DNA of 64,000 nucleotides, taken from positions 6,192 through 70,191 of IMG/VR virus record IMGVR_UViG_3300036893_000044, one strand, 5' to 3'. The position numbers and the translations under genes were made by a program. Positions within the stretch are counted from its first letter, which is position 1, and each line of letters starts with the position of its first letter. Shown here piece after piece: positions 55,445 through 63,784 of this stretch. A model generated the notes under the pieces. It had not been told where the DNA came from, made no database searches, and saw only the letters and a list, made by a program, of their open reading frames with translations. This DNA is from a virus.

Positions 55445-56467
55445 ATGAAAACCGTCCAAATTACCAAGCCGGTGTCGATGAAGCTATTGGGGGATACACC
55501 AAACCTGTCCGTCATGTTACCTGGGCATTGTAATGCAAAATGCGAGTTCTGTTTCTGGAACCGCGACCAGCAGGCGAACAAGTTTCCGATGATGGATTTC
55601 GCGGACCGGCTGGCGCGAATCCTCGACTCGCTTCCGTGGCAGTTCTCGCAGGTGAGTGTGACAGGTGGCGAGCCGACCATTTCCCCTGTCCTCGACGAGG
55701 TGATGGCTGTTCTTAGGGAGCGAAGAGAGCGATTTCCGAAGGTGGTGCTCACCACTAATGCGGTCAGACTTATGAAAAACCGGGATGTCATTTACGGCGT
55801 CGTTGACCACATCAACATCAGTCGGCATCACCACAGCGATTTGGAAAACGCTGCGATCTTCAAGACAAGAGGTGTTCCGTGTGAAAGCGAAATTGCCAAG
55901 ATACTAAAGGTCGATTACGGGGCCGACATCTGCTTTAATTGCGTAGTCCCGCCGACGGTGACTGAGAAATTTTGTCAGAGTTACATCGAGTGGGCGCGTT
56001 ACTACCAACAGATCGCGGCGGTAAACTTCCGTATCTACCATAACTCTATGGAGGAATGCAGGGCGCAGAAGGAATTCGAGAAAGTGTATGGCTCGACAGA
56101 TGTGACCACCTGCCCGGTTTGCAGAGTTATGCGAATGAACGTCGAAGGGATGCAGGTGAACTGGAAGTACAGCGTTCAGGAGCCAACGCAACACTGGAAC
56201 GGGATCTACGAACTCGTAGTGCAACCCGATGGCCGGGTAACAGCCGATTGGGCTGGAGTACAGGAAATTGATCCAAGAAATATTGAGGGTGGACCTATGC
56301 CGAAATCTAATCGGGAACTAGCTGAAGAGTTGATCGAACTGGCGAAGAAGTTACTGGAAAAGGACGAACCCAAAGCAAAGCATGGCAAGCGGGTGATAAA
56401 AACTGTCTACGTCCAATCTTCAGGTGGCGGATGCTCTCATGGCGGAGCTGGCGGAGGCTGCCGGTAA
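55445..56467 (+). CDS. Radical SAM protein
   Basis: CNAKCEFC, TGGEPT, LTTN, NISRHH, CPVC; Gly/Cys C-terminal tail. Confidence 0.9.
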   Translation: MKTVQITKPVSMKLLGDTPNLSVMLPGHCNAKCEFCFWNRDQQANKFPMMDFADRLARILDSLPWQFSQVSVTGGEPTISPVLDEVMAVLRERRERFPKVVLTTNAVRLMKNRDVIYGVVDHINISRHHHSDLENAAIFKTRGVPCESEIAKILKVDYGADICFNCVVPPTVTEKFCQSYIEWARYYQQIAAVNFRIYHNSMEECRAQKEFEKVYGSTDVTTCPVCRVMRMNVEGMQVNWKYSVQEPTQHWNGIYELVVQPDGRVTADWAGVQEIDPRNIEGGPMPKSNRELAEELIELAKKLLEKDEPKAKHGKRVIKTVYVQSSGGGCSHGGAGGGCR

Positions 56468-57910
56468 GTGACCGACCCCTCAGACTACACAATGTCCGAA
56501 ACCGTGCCCGAGCCGCCTCCGGACAGAGGACGAGCGCCTTTGCCTGATGATCGGCGCCGGGTGATGCCTGTTGGGATTGCCAACGACATAGGATTGCCGG
56601 CCAACATTGACGCGGAGAAGACGATACTCGGGGCGATCTTGCTCGACAATCAGGCCTTCAATGAGGCAGCCGAGCGCCTGGAACCGGAAGACTTCTCGCT
56701 CGACAGCCATCGCCGCATCTTTCTCCGTATGGCCGATCTGATGGACGCAAATCAGGCGGTAGACATCGTGACATTGGCGAATGAGTTGGCGCGCATGAAG
56801 GAGGTGGAGTCGATTGGAGGTGTTGCCTACCTGGCTTCGTTGACGGAGGGACTTCCGCGGCGACCGGTGATCGAAAACTATATCCGCATCGTTAAGGATC
56901 GAAGCGCCCTCCGCAAGATCATGGGCATCTGCTCTCTGGCCATTGCGCGAGCTGCGGAGCAATCAGAATCCGCCCTCGAAGTGCTCGGCGCGGCCGAAGC
57001 GGATTTGATGGCGATTGCGCAGGAGTCGAGTACGCGCAGGCCAACGACTGTGGCGGATTCCGTGGAGGCTGCAGGTGGGGTTGATATGTACATGGCCCCG
57101 ATATTCAATCCCAGCGTGCTCCCAGGATTGCCGACCGGCTTCATTGACCTCGACAGCATGATTGGTGGTTTGAAGAAGCAAGAGTTATTTCTGATGGCCG
57201 CGCGCCCGAGTCAGGGAAAGTCAGCCTGGTTACTGAATTTGGCCGAGAATGTCTGCATTGGTACATCGGCAGTTGCCTTGATATTCAGTTTAGAAATGTC
57301 GCAAACATCGATGGAGCGTAGGCTTTTAGCTGGTATCGCAAGAGTGGATGTGCGCCGGGCGACGACAGGTGAATTTCTGAGTCACACGGAGCGTGGCAAA
57401 CTCTCCAATGCGCTGAATGTCTTAGTTGAATCCGGTATCCACATCGACGATAGCCCTGTCCTCACAGTTACACAGATGAGAGCGAAGGCGCGGCGCTTAA
57501 AGCAGCGACTCGGAAGACTCGACTTATTGGGCCTTGATTATTTGCAGATGGCTCGCGGCTCTGGAAATTTTTCGAACCGGCAAGAGGAGGTGTCTAATAT
57601 CTCGCGTGGTTTGAAATCGCTGGCGAAGGAGATGGATTGCCCGGTAGTGGCATTGTCTCAGGTTGCGCGATCGGCGGAGCAGCGGCAAGATAAAAGGCCG
57701 ACCTTGGCGGATCTCCGAGAGAGCGGCAGCCAAGAGGCCGATGCCGACATCGTTTGCCTGATTCATCGCCCCGAGTATTACGACCGCGACAATCCGGATA
57801 TCAAGGGTATTGCGGAGATAATTTGCGCCAAGAATCGCGAGGGTCCAACTGGGATCGTTAAACTGGCCTATATTTCTGAATTTACTCGCTTCATCAACCT
57901 TGCAAGATAG
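56468..57910 (+). CDS. dnaB: Replicative DNA helicase
   Basis: AARPSQGKS, FSLEMS, DYLQM, LADLRESGSQEADAD, KNREGPTG. Confidence 0.95.
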   Translation: MTDPSDYTMSETVPEPPPDRGRAPLPDDRRRVMPVGIANDIGLPANIDAEKTILGAILLDNQAFNEAAERLEPEDFSLDSHRRIFLRMADLMDANQAVDIVTLANELARMKEVESIGGVAYLASLTEGLPRRPVIENYIRIVKDRSALRKIMGICSLAIARAAEQSESALEVLGAAEADLMAIAQESSTRRPTTVADSVEAAGGVDMYMAPIFNPSVLPGLPTGFIDLDSMIGGLKKQELFLMAARPSQGKSAWLLNLAENVCIGTSAVALIFSLEMSQTSMERRLLAGIARVDVRRATTGEFLSHTERGKLSNALNVLVESGIHIDDSPVLTVTQMRAKARRLKQRLGRLDLLGLDYLQMARGSGNFSNRQEEVSNISRGLKSLAKEMDCPVVALSQVARSAEQRQDKRPTLADLRESGSQEADADIVCLIHRPEYYDRDNPDIKGIAEIICAKNREGPTGIVKLAYISEFTRFINLAR

Positions 57911-57917
57911 GAGACTT

Positions 57918-58154
57918 ATGGACCCCATAGAATCCACAATCCGCAACATCCTCATCAACGACTACGACTGCGATCCCGACACGTTGCAGTTATCCGACAC
58001 CCTGGTAGCCGACCTGGGGATGGATTCAATCGAACTGGTCGAGTTCGGCCTGGCACTCGAAGAGTCCTTCGACGTGGAAGTGAACGACGATGCGATCACC
58101 CAGACGATGACGGTTGGTGAAGTGGTCAACAAGATCAAAGAGTTGAAAGGTTGA
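57918..58154 (+). CDS. acpP: Acyl carrier protein
   Basis: DLGMDSIELVE phosphopantetheine Ser motif, LEESF..TVGEVV; AGGAG RBS. Confidence 0.85.
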   Translation: MDPIESTIRNILINDYDCDPDTLQLSDTLVADLGMDSIELVEFGLALEESFDVEVNDDAITQTMTVGEVVNKIKELKG

Positions 58155-58155
58155 T

Positions 58156-58752
58156 ATGCGCCAACACTGTGAAAGATGCGGTCGCCGGTACGACGACGAG
58201 CACTGCTCAACAATTTGTCCGCACCGTGGAATGGGCTTCTGCCCAGTCTGCGACTGCGTAATCTGCGTCTGCGATCCGAAGTACACCCGCGACTGGGAGC
58301 GCAGTTCAAACAACAATGCACCACCAACAGACGAGAGGAGCAATACCATGCCTGGAAGCAATGACCCGAACTTTGACGCCTACAACGCAAAGCAGAGTGA
58401 AGCCGCAACCGCCGACACTTCCGCAACCGATGCAGCCCTGAAATCGCTTGGAGCGAAGATCGAGGCTCTTCAAAACACCGACTCTGAGGCGCATCCTCAT
58501 ACCCACAGCGCCGACCTCCGCAGCTTCACTCAAGTGGAAATCTCAAATTGGTTCTCGTACCACGCCCCGACGCCGGAGCAGATCATTCAATATGGCGAGA
58601 TCCGCACGGCAGCCAAAATCTTCGCAGAGACCATCAACAGGCATGTCCCGGCTGGCGCTGACAAGACGGCGGCGATGCGAGACCTCCGCAAGACCGTGAT
58701 GGCGGCGAATCTGGCCATCGCCTGCTACGTCGAGCCAGTCAAAAACGTCTGA
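58156..58752 (+). CDS. Cys-rich N-terminus plus Acb2/Tad1-like helical hairpin (internal start at 58348)
   Basis: NWFSYHAP..EQ..Y..IR.AAK.FA..I...P..ADK..A...L...VM.AN.AIA; GAGGAG before 58348. Confidence 0.7.
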   Translation: MRQHCERCGRRYDDEHCSTICPHRGMGFCPVCDCVICVCDPKYTRDWERSSNNNAPPTDERSNTMPGSNDPNFDAYNAKQSEAATADTSATDAALKSLGAKIEALQNTDSEAHPHTHSADLRSFTQVEISNWFSYHAPTPEQIIQYGEIRTAAKIFAETINRHVPAGADKTAAMRDLRKTVMAANLAIACYVEPVKNV

Positions 58753-58756
58753 CACC

Positions 58757-59182
58757 ATGCCGAAGTCCGACTGGCGCAATCTTCAGGCCTACCACCAACT
58801 TCAACTTCAAAAGGAAAGGGGACTTATGTCCACAGCAACATCGTTCGACACTCAGGCGCTGGAGCAGACGAGCAATTCAGCGCCAGTAATGCAGCCAACA
58901 TTGTCAGCCCCGCACGGCAATCCCAATCCGCCGGCACCAACACGAGCTCCGCGCAAACCACGCTCCGACGCCGGCAAGCCCAACCCACTCCGCGCAAACC
59001 GTGGCGCATCGAAGTTCAACCTGGAGGCCAACCTGTTTACCCCAGTCGGTCGCGAGACGTTGAAGTTCTGGATTCACAACGGATTCGCGGAAGAGGCGAT
59101 GGAAGTCGTTGACCGGCTGCTGGTCGTCACTCAGGAGACGAAAGCGCTGCTCGACGATCTGGCGGAGCAGAAGAAGAAGTAG
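58757..59182 (+). CDS. Hypothetical protein
   Basis: RKPRSDAGKP motif; start may be 58826. Confidence 0.55.
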   Translation: MPKSDWRNLQAYHQLQLQKERGLMSTATSFDTQALEQTSNSAPVMQPTLSAPHGNPNPPAPTRAPRKPRSDAGKPNPLRANRGASKFNLEANLFTPVGRETLKFWIHNGFAEEAMEVVDRLLVVTQETKALLDDLAEQKKK

Positions 59183-59193
59183 GGAGGCTGTAA

Positions 59194-59448
59194 ATGGCTG
59201 TTTTCTTTCATACTGGCGGTGGCGACTATTACGGCGGTCCCACCAAAGAGGCTGTCTTCGAGGCTATTCGCGAGGACATGGGCGACGAGGACTTCAAAGA
59301 GATCGAAGAGGAAATCGAAGAAGTCAGCGGCGAAATGAAGATGAACGCTTCGGATGAAAACGGCGATGTAACTGACGAGACGACAACGCTCGCCGAAGAG
59401 TACGAAGAATCATTGGGAGCTTATTGTGTGGCTTCCTCTAACGGGTAG
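59194..59448 (+). CDS. Highly acidic small protein
   Basis: GGAGG RBS; D/E-rich. Confidence 0.65.
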   Translation: MAVFFHTGGGDYYGGPTKEAVFEAIREDMGDEDFKEIEEEIEEVSGEMKMNASDENGDVTDETTTLAEEYEESLGAYCVASSNG

Positions 59449-59531
59449 GGATTCCATCCGAGTTCCCCGCGAGGATGGTTCGATAGCGGTCGATGAAGGG
59501 CGCTCCATTGGCCGCTGTCTGAAATGAGGAT

Positions 59532-60017
59532 TTGGTGAGCATGTACTACTGGCTGCAGAATCGCAAAATGGAACTCACGGACCTCTGGGATCGCTTTCGT
59601 CCGCGCGAGTGGCGACCGATAATCCAGCATTGGCTCTGGGACCGGGAAATGGGCCAGCGCAAGTCGGAAACTGAGATGTGGGAGTGGGCTGATGTCTCCG
59701 TGAATGGTGTGTGGGATAAGCGTATCAAGGTCTTCAGCAGGCCGCGTAACTGGCAGCAGATGCTGGTCTGCCTGGAGTTGGCAGAGTCAAATTCTGATGC
59801 CTTACGTCTTCTCAAGACTGGATCTTTCGAGATGAGGGATTGGTGCTTGGATAAGTCGTGGGAAAAGGTTACTCTGAACACTCCACTTCCAGATAGTCCA
59901 ACACATCTTCGTCGCGGCAAGAAACTATACGGCATCAAAACAGTGTGGCTTCCGCCTGCCGGAATAAGTGAGAAGCAGGGAGAAGAGATGTTGCGAGAGT
60001 ATGCCTTGAAAATATAG
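59532..60017 (+). CDS. Hypothetical protein
   Basis: Trp-rich ORF; start uncertain. Confidence 0.5.
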   Translation: MVSMYYWLQNRKMELTDLWDRFRPREWRPIIQHWLWDREMGQRKSETEMWEWADVSVNGVWDKRIKVFSRPRNWQQMLVCLELAESNSDALRLLKTGSFEMRDWCLDKSWEKVTLNTPLPDSPTHLRRGKKLYGIKTVWLPPAGISEKQGEEMLREYALKI

Positions 60018-60057
60018 TTGCAAGCGTGATCCTTTGTGTTGTAATGTTGCAAGCGTG
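60006..60057 (+). promoter_or_regulatory. Integrase upstream region with two operator copies
   Basis: GTTGCAAGCGTG at 60017 and 60046. Confidence 0.65.
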
Positions 60058-60078
60058 ACAGAACGGAAAGGAACGGAA

Positions 60079-61227
60079 ATGGCTAAAGCGAGTTTTCAGA
60101 ACGGCAGCGTCATCCGAGTATCCCGCAAGGGAGTGGATTGCTGGAGGCTGCGTTACCGTCTCAACGGCACCCAGCACAGCGACTTCATCGGCAGCATCCG
60201 CCAATATCCCACGAAGAGTTCCGCAGAGAAGGCCGCTGAAAAGATGCGGTCCCTGCTGAATAATGCGCCGACCGAGATTATCACGATGTCCGACCTCATC
60301 GACAGGTACGAGCGCGAAGCGATGTCTGACAGGGTTGGAGTCGCGGCCAGCGATAGGTCGGTGTTCCGCCGTATACGGGACCGCTGGGGAGCAATGCGAC
60401 TTGATCAATTCTCGATCGACATGACATCTGTCGAAGTTTGGCTCCAGGAACTGACTGCGATCGGTCGCCATCCGAAGCCGGGACCGAAGGCGCTTATCTC
60501 TCCACTTTACCGCGCGAGAGTAAAGAATTTGATGCACAGCCTCATCGAACACGCGATGAAATGGGGCGCTTTGCCTGCGCAGCGGAATTGTATCGAGTTG
60601 GTCAGACTCAAAGGCGGCGCCCGAGTCAAAGATATCGTTATCCTCGACGTGGCTCAATACGCAGCTTTGCTCGACGATCCAGAATTACCGGAAGTCGTGA
60701 AAGTTCTCATCCAGTTGCTGTCTGGTCTCGGACTCCGCATTTCCGAAGCTCTCGGCCTGCAATGGTCGGACACTGACTTTGAGGCCGGCACCATCCAGAT
60801 CCAGCGCAGCGTCGTCCACGGCCAGGCGAACGATACGAAGACGGCGAGCTCAAAGACGGTGCTGCCGCTGCATTCCAACCTTGTCGAGGTGTTGAGGGCT
60901 TGGAAAGAGCGGGAGGCATTCAAGTCGAAGTGGGTCTTCTGCTCGGAGCGGACTGGACGGCCGCTGGACAGAGATTGGCTGCGTGCCGAATACTTGCAGC
61001 CTGCCGGGGAGCGGATTGGCGTCAAGGGGCTTGGCTTCCATTCACTTCGTCACGGATACCGCGCTCTGCTCCGCGAGACTGGTGCTTCTCTCGAAGACCA
61101 GAAGGGCCTTATGAGGCACAGCCGCATCAAGACCACCATCGACACTTATGGCGGCGCTGACAATGTGGAGCGGTTGAGGCCGATGAACGATAAGATCATC
61201 GAGATGTTGCCGAGGAGGTCTGCTTGA
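60079..61227 (+). CDS. int: Tyrosine integrase
   Basis: GLRISE, TKT, HSLRH, MRH, TYG catalytic residues; N-terminal arm-binding domain. Confidence 0.93.
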   Translation: MAKASFQNGSVIRVSRKGVDCWRLRYRLNGTQHSDFIGSIRQYPTKSSAEKAAEKMRSLLNNAPTEIITMSDLIDRYEREAMSDRVGVAASDRSVFRRIRDRWGAMRLDQFSIDMTSVEVWLQELTAIGRHPKPGPKALISPLYRARVKNLMHSLIEHAMKWGALPAQRNCIELVRLKGGARVKDIVILDVAQYAALLDDPELPEVVKVLIQLLSGLGLRISEALGLQWSDTDFEAGTIQIQRSVVHGQANDTKTASSKTVLPLHSNLVEVLRAWKEREAFKSKWVFCSERTGRPLDRDWLRAEYLQPAGERIGVKGLGFHSLRHGYRALLRETGASLEDQKGLMRHSRIKTTIDTYGGADNVERLRPMNDKIIEMLPRRSA

Positions 61228-61448
61228 GTACAGAGGAGAAGCTGGATAAGGTTTTAGAATTATTGAATGCGCTCGACCGGCGCATGGCCTACTTGGATCG
61301 CTGCAATTGCTTGCAGATGTATGGCTATTCTTCAGGAAGAAAACAGGAAGACGGTTTTGTTCACTGCGATAAATGCGGGCGCTTGATGTATGACCGAGAT
61401 GGGAACCTGGAAACCTGCCTTAGCACGCAAAAGGCAGGTGCGGCATGA
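61224..61448 (+). CDS. Zn-ribbon hypothetical protein
   Basis: CNC..CDKCG; coupled. Confidence 0.5.
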   Translation: MSTEEKLDKVLELLNALDRRMAYLDRCNCLQMYGYSSGRKQEDGFVHCDKCGRLMYDRDGNLETCLSTQKAGAA

Positions 61449-61735
61449 TTGACAAGAAGAACTGTAAGCACGTTGTAGTTTACCGCTCCATTGAAGAGTC
61501 TGGAGGGTGGTTCTGCACAGAATGCGGAACTGAGTTCTTTCGCTTCGATACTCAACCCGGCAAGATCACCTTCACGCCGTCGCCGGAACCAATGCCCAAC
61601 ATCCGCGATCACTTCGCCATGGCCGCGCTGCAGGGCCTGATGGCGGCTAACTGGAAGGACTGCCCGTATCCGACAGGCTACGCGGAGGAAGCGTACAAGA
61701 TGGCGGATGCGATGCTGAAGGCGAGGAGCCAATGA
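61445..61735 (+). CDS. Phage protein of the RDxFAxxAxQG family
   Basis: IRDHFAMAALQG..AY.MADAML.AR. Confidence 0.7.
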   Translation: MIDKKNCKHVVVYRSIEESGGWFCTECGTEFFRFDTQPGKITFTPSPEPMPNIRDHFAMAALQGLMAANWKDCPYPTGYAEEAYKMADAMLKARSQ

Positions 61736-61820
61736 ACAAGGACGCCCGCATCGCCGCTATCACGTTTCCGATCTGCGGATTCATCGTGTGGTTTCTCTAT
61801 AACGTTTGGCCGGGAGGGAA

Positions 61821-62252
61821 ATGATGAGCGATAAAAAGATCAAGGTTCCGGATGGCATGCTGGAAGCGGCAATGCGGGCAAGCATGGAAGCTGGCCTTCC
61901 AATAGGTCCATCTACGGAATTACGGGTTGTTATTGAAGCCGCCTTGCGCTGGCTGAGCGCCGGGCACATGGATTTTCCTTTGCCGCTTCTTAAAGAAATA
62001 TTAGAGGCAGTTCCCGGATGGAAACTCAACGAGACTGTCATCCAAAACGTGCTGCACCAGGGATTGCGCCGCATGTTCCTCGCGCCCGAGCCGGAAGTGC
62101 CGGAAGTGCCGGAAGAGATCGAAGACTTGCTTTCCTTTGCAGATAAGGAACACTTCGCTGGAGTCGTTGACGAAGGGAAAATTCCTGTCAGCGTATATAA
62201 GGCGGCAGTAACCAAAGCCTTCCATCGCGGCCAGAAGTCGAGGCCCGCATGA
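61821..62252 (+). CDS. Hypothetical protein
   Basis: GGGAGG RBS; IKVPDGMLEAA..PEPEVPEEIEDLL. Confidence 0.6.
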   Translation: MMSDKKIKVPDGMLEAAMRASMEAGLPIGPSTELRVVIEAALRWLSAGHMDFPLPLLKEILEAVPGWKLNETVIQNVLHQGLRRMFLAPEPEVPEVPEEIEDLLSFADKEHFAGVVDEGKIPVSVYKAAVTKAFHRGQKSRPA

Positions 62253-62476
62253 GCACAATCACCGTCTCCGTTCCGCACGCATTCGCAGTCGGCCAGCAAG
62301 TCACCCTCTCAGGCTTGATACCGCACCTGCCGAGATGGGTTCAACGCTGGCCCTGGCAGGACGGCGATCGAGCAATCGTGGCATGGTTCTACCGGATCAC
62401 CGGCAGGCCACTGCCATCTGACAATGGAACCTTCACGGTTACGGCTGTGACGAACACGAGTTTTGAGGTGAGGTAA
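62249..62476 (+). CDS. Stand-alone virion-type beta-repeat (FCCH-like) protein
   Basis: ITV..PH.F.VGQ.VTLSG...NGTFTVTAVTNTSF. Confidence 0.6.
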   Translation: MSTITVSVPHAFAVGQQVTLSGLIPHLPRWVQRWPWQDGDRAIVAWFYRITGRPLPSDNGTFTVTAVTNTSFEVR

Positions 62477-62902
62477 ATGGCAATCAGCAGTTTCGACATC
62501 CTCAAGCGGATGAGCGTGGACAACCTTGACATCCGCCTTTCAACATCGGAAAATCTGCGGAACATGAACGCGGTCCACAAAGGCAAGGACACGGACATTA
62601 CCATCGGCGTGGCAGGAAACGTGATCGGCGCCGTCATGAACAATGAACTTCACCTGTGCCTGCTCATCTGGAACAAAGAGCAGTTTCAGGCGACTAAGGC
62701 GAAGATGGAAGCGGAAACCGCATGGCTCCCATTGACATCAGACATCAAACTCGAAGTCGGCAAGCGGTACCTGCTCTACTGCGATTCCACTCCGCACGAC
62801 TCCTCATTTCAAGATGGGTCAGTTGAACTTATCCGATGGGAAGAGAACGGCGCTTACCTGATTCAGGGGTGGACTCATTATCAGCCTGTAACTGTTCCCT
62901 GA
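62477..62902 (+). CDS. Hypothetical protein
   Basis: GAGG RBS; C-terminal W.P...THY.P motif. Confidence 0.6.
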   Translation: MAISSFDILKRMSVDNLDIRLSTSENLRNMNAVHKGKDTDITIGVAGNVIGAVMNNELHLCLLIWNKEQFQATKAKMEAETAWLPLTSDIKLEVGKRYLLYCDSTPHDSSFQDGSVELIRWEENGAYLIQGWTHYQPVTVP

Positions 62903-62990
62903 TTAATCCCAAAACCGCGAAAAATCGGCCAAAAACGCACTCCCATTTGTATTGGCCGAACACAAGGCAAGTGAAAGGATTGTTGGTGAT

Positions 62991-63482
62991 ATGAAGTATT
63001 TTCTTGACACAGAGTTCATTGAATCTGGTCCGTATTACTCGATCGCGCTGCTCAGTATTGGCATAGTGGCCGAAGACGGACGCGAGTTCTATGCCGTGAA
63101 CCGCGAAGCTGACCGCAATCGGGCGAGTAGCTGGGTACTGGAGAATGTCCTACCCTTCCTTGGCGATACGCAGCCTCAAGCTCTTTCGACCATCGCGCTC
63201 ATGATTCGCAGTTTTGTCGGCGAAGACAAACCGCAGTTCTGGGGATACTATGCCGACTACGATTGGGTGGTATTCTGCCAGACGTTCGGGTCGATGATCG
63301 ATCTTCCGAAGGGCTGGCCGATGTATTGCCGCGACATCAAACAACTCTGCGACGATCTCGGTAATCCTGAACTCCCGAAGCAGGGCAAGGGCGAGCATAA
63401 TGCACTTGCGGATGCTCGGTGGAACAAAGTCGCCTACGAGTTTCTTGCCGGATTGAAACCGGTGGCAGAGGTGGCACCTTGA
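62991..63482 (+). CDS. DEDD 3'-5' exoribonuclease (RNase AS-like)
   Basis: FLDTEF, SIG.V.EDG.EFYA, WV.ENVLP, YDWV, HNALADA. Confidence 0.88.
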   Translation: MKYFLDTEFIESGPYYSIALLSIGIVAEDGREFYAVNREADRNRASSWVLENVLPFLGDTQPQALSTIALMIRSFVGEDKPQFWGYYADYDWVVFCQTFGSMIDLPKGWPMYCRDIKQLCDDLGNPELPKQGKGEHNALADARWNKVAYEFLAGLKPVAEVAP

Positions 63483-63784
63483 AGATCATCGGCAAAACCG
63501 CAAGCGGTCTCCTGGTCGATGCGACCGAAGACGAGATGTGCCGCCTGACCGGATACCAAAACAACTGGTACCGGAAGCATGACGGCAAGCCGGAGATCGG
63601 CGTCGGAAGCGTGATCGACATCGATCTAACCTACCAGCACATTCTGAAGGTCAACGGCCTCAAGGAGCAGTTTGAGCGTGCCCGGGCGGCTCTCGACTAT
63701 CTGACGAGTGGGCTGGTTCTGACTCGCGACTCACTGCATACGGCGTTGACTCCGCCGGAGCCGAAGGAAGAGGTGCAACCTTGA
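63479..63784 (+). CDS. Hypothetical protein
   Basis: TTG start after GAGGTG; coupled. Confidence 0.55.
   Translation: MKIIGKTASGLLVDATEDEMCRLTGYQNNWYRKHDGKPEIGVGSVIDIDLTYQHILKVNGLKEQFERARAALDYLTSGLVLTRDSLHTALTPPEPKEEVQP

Noticed and set aside
59445-59525. Two intergenic hairpins (CCATCC/GGATGG; GATAGCGGTCGATG/CATTGGCCGCTGTC)
   Set aside because: Single instance with no motif; function cannot be assigned.
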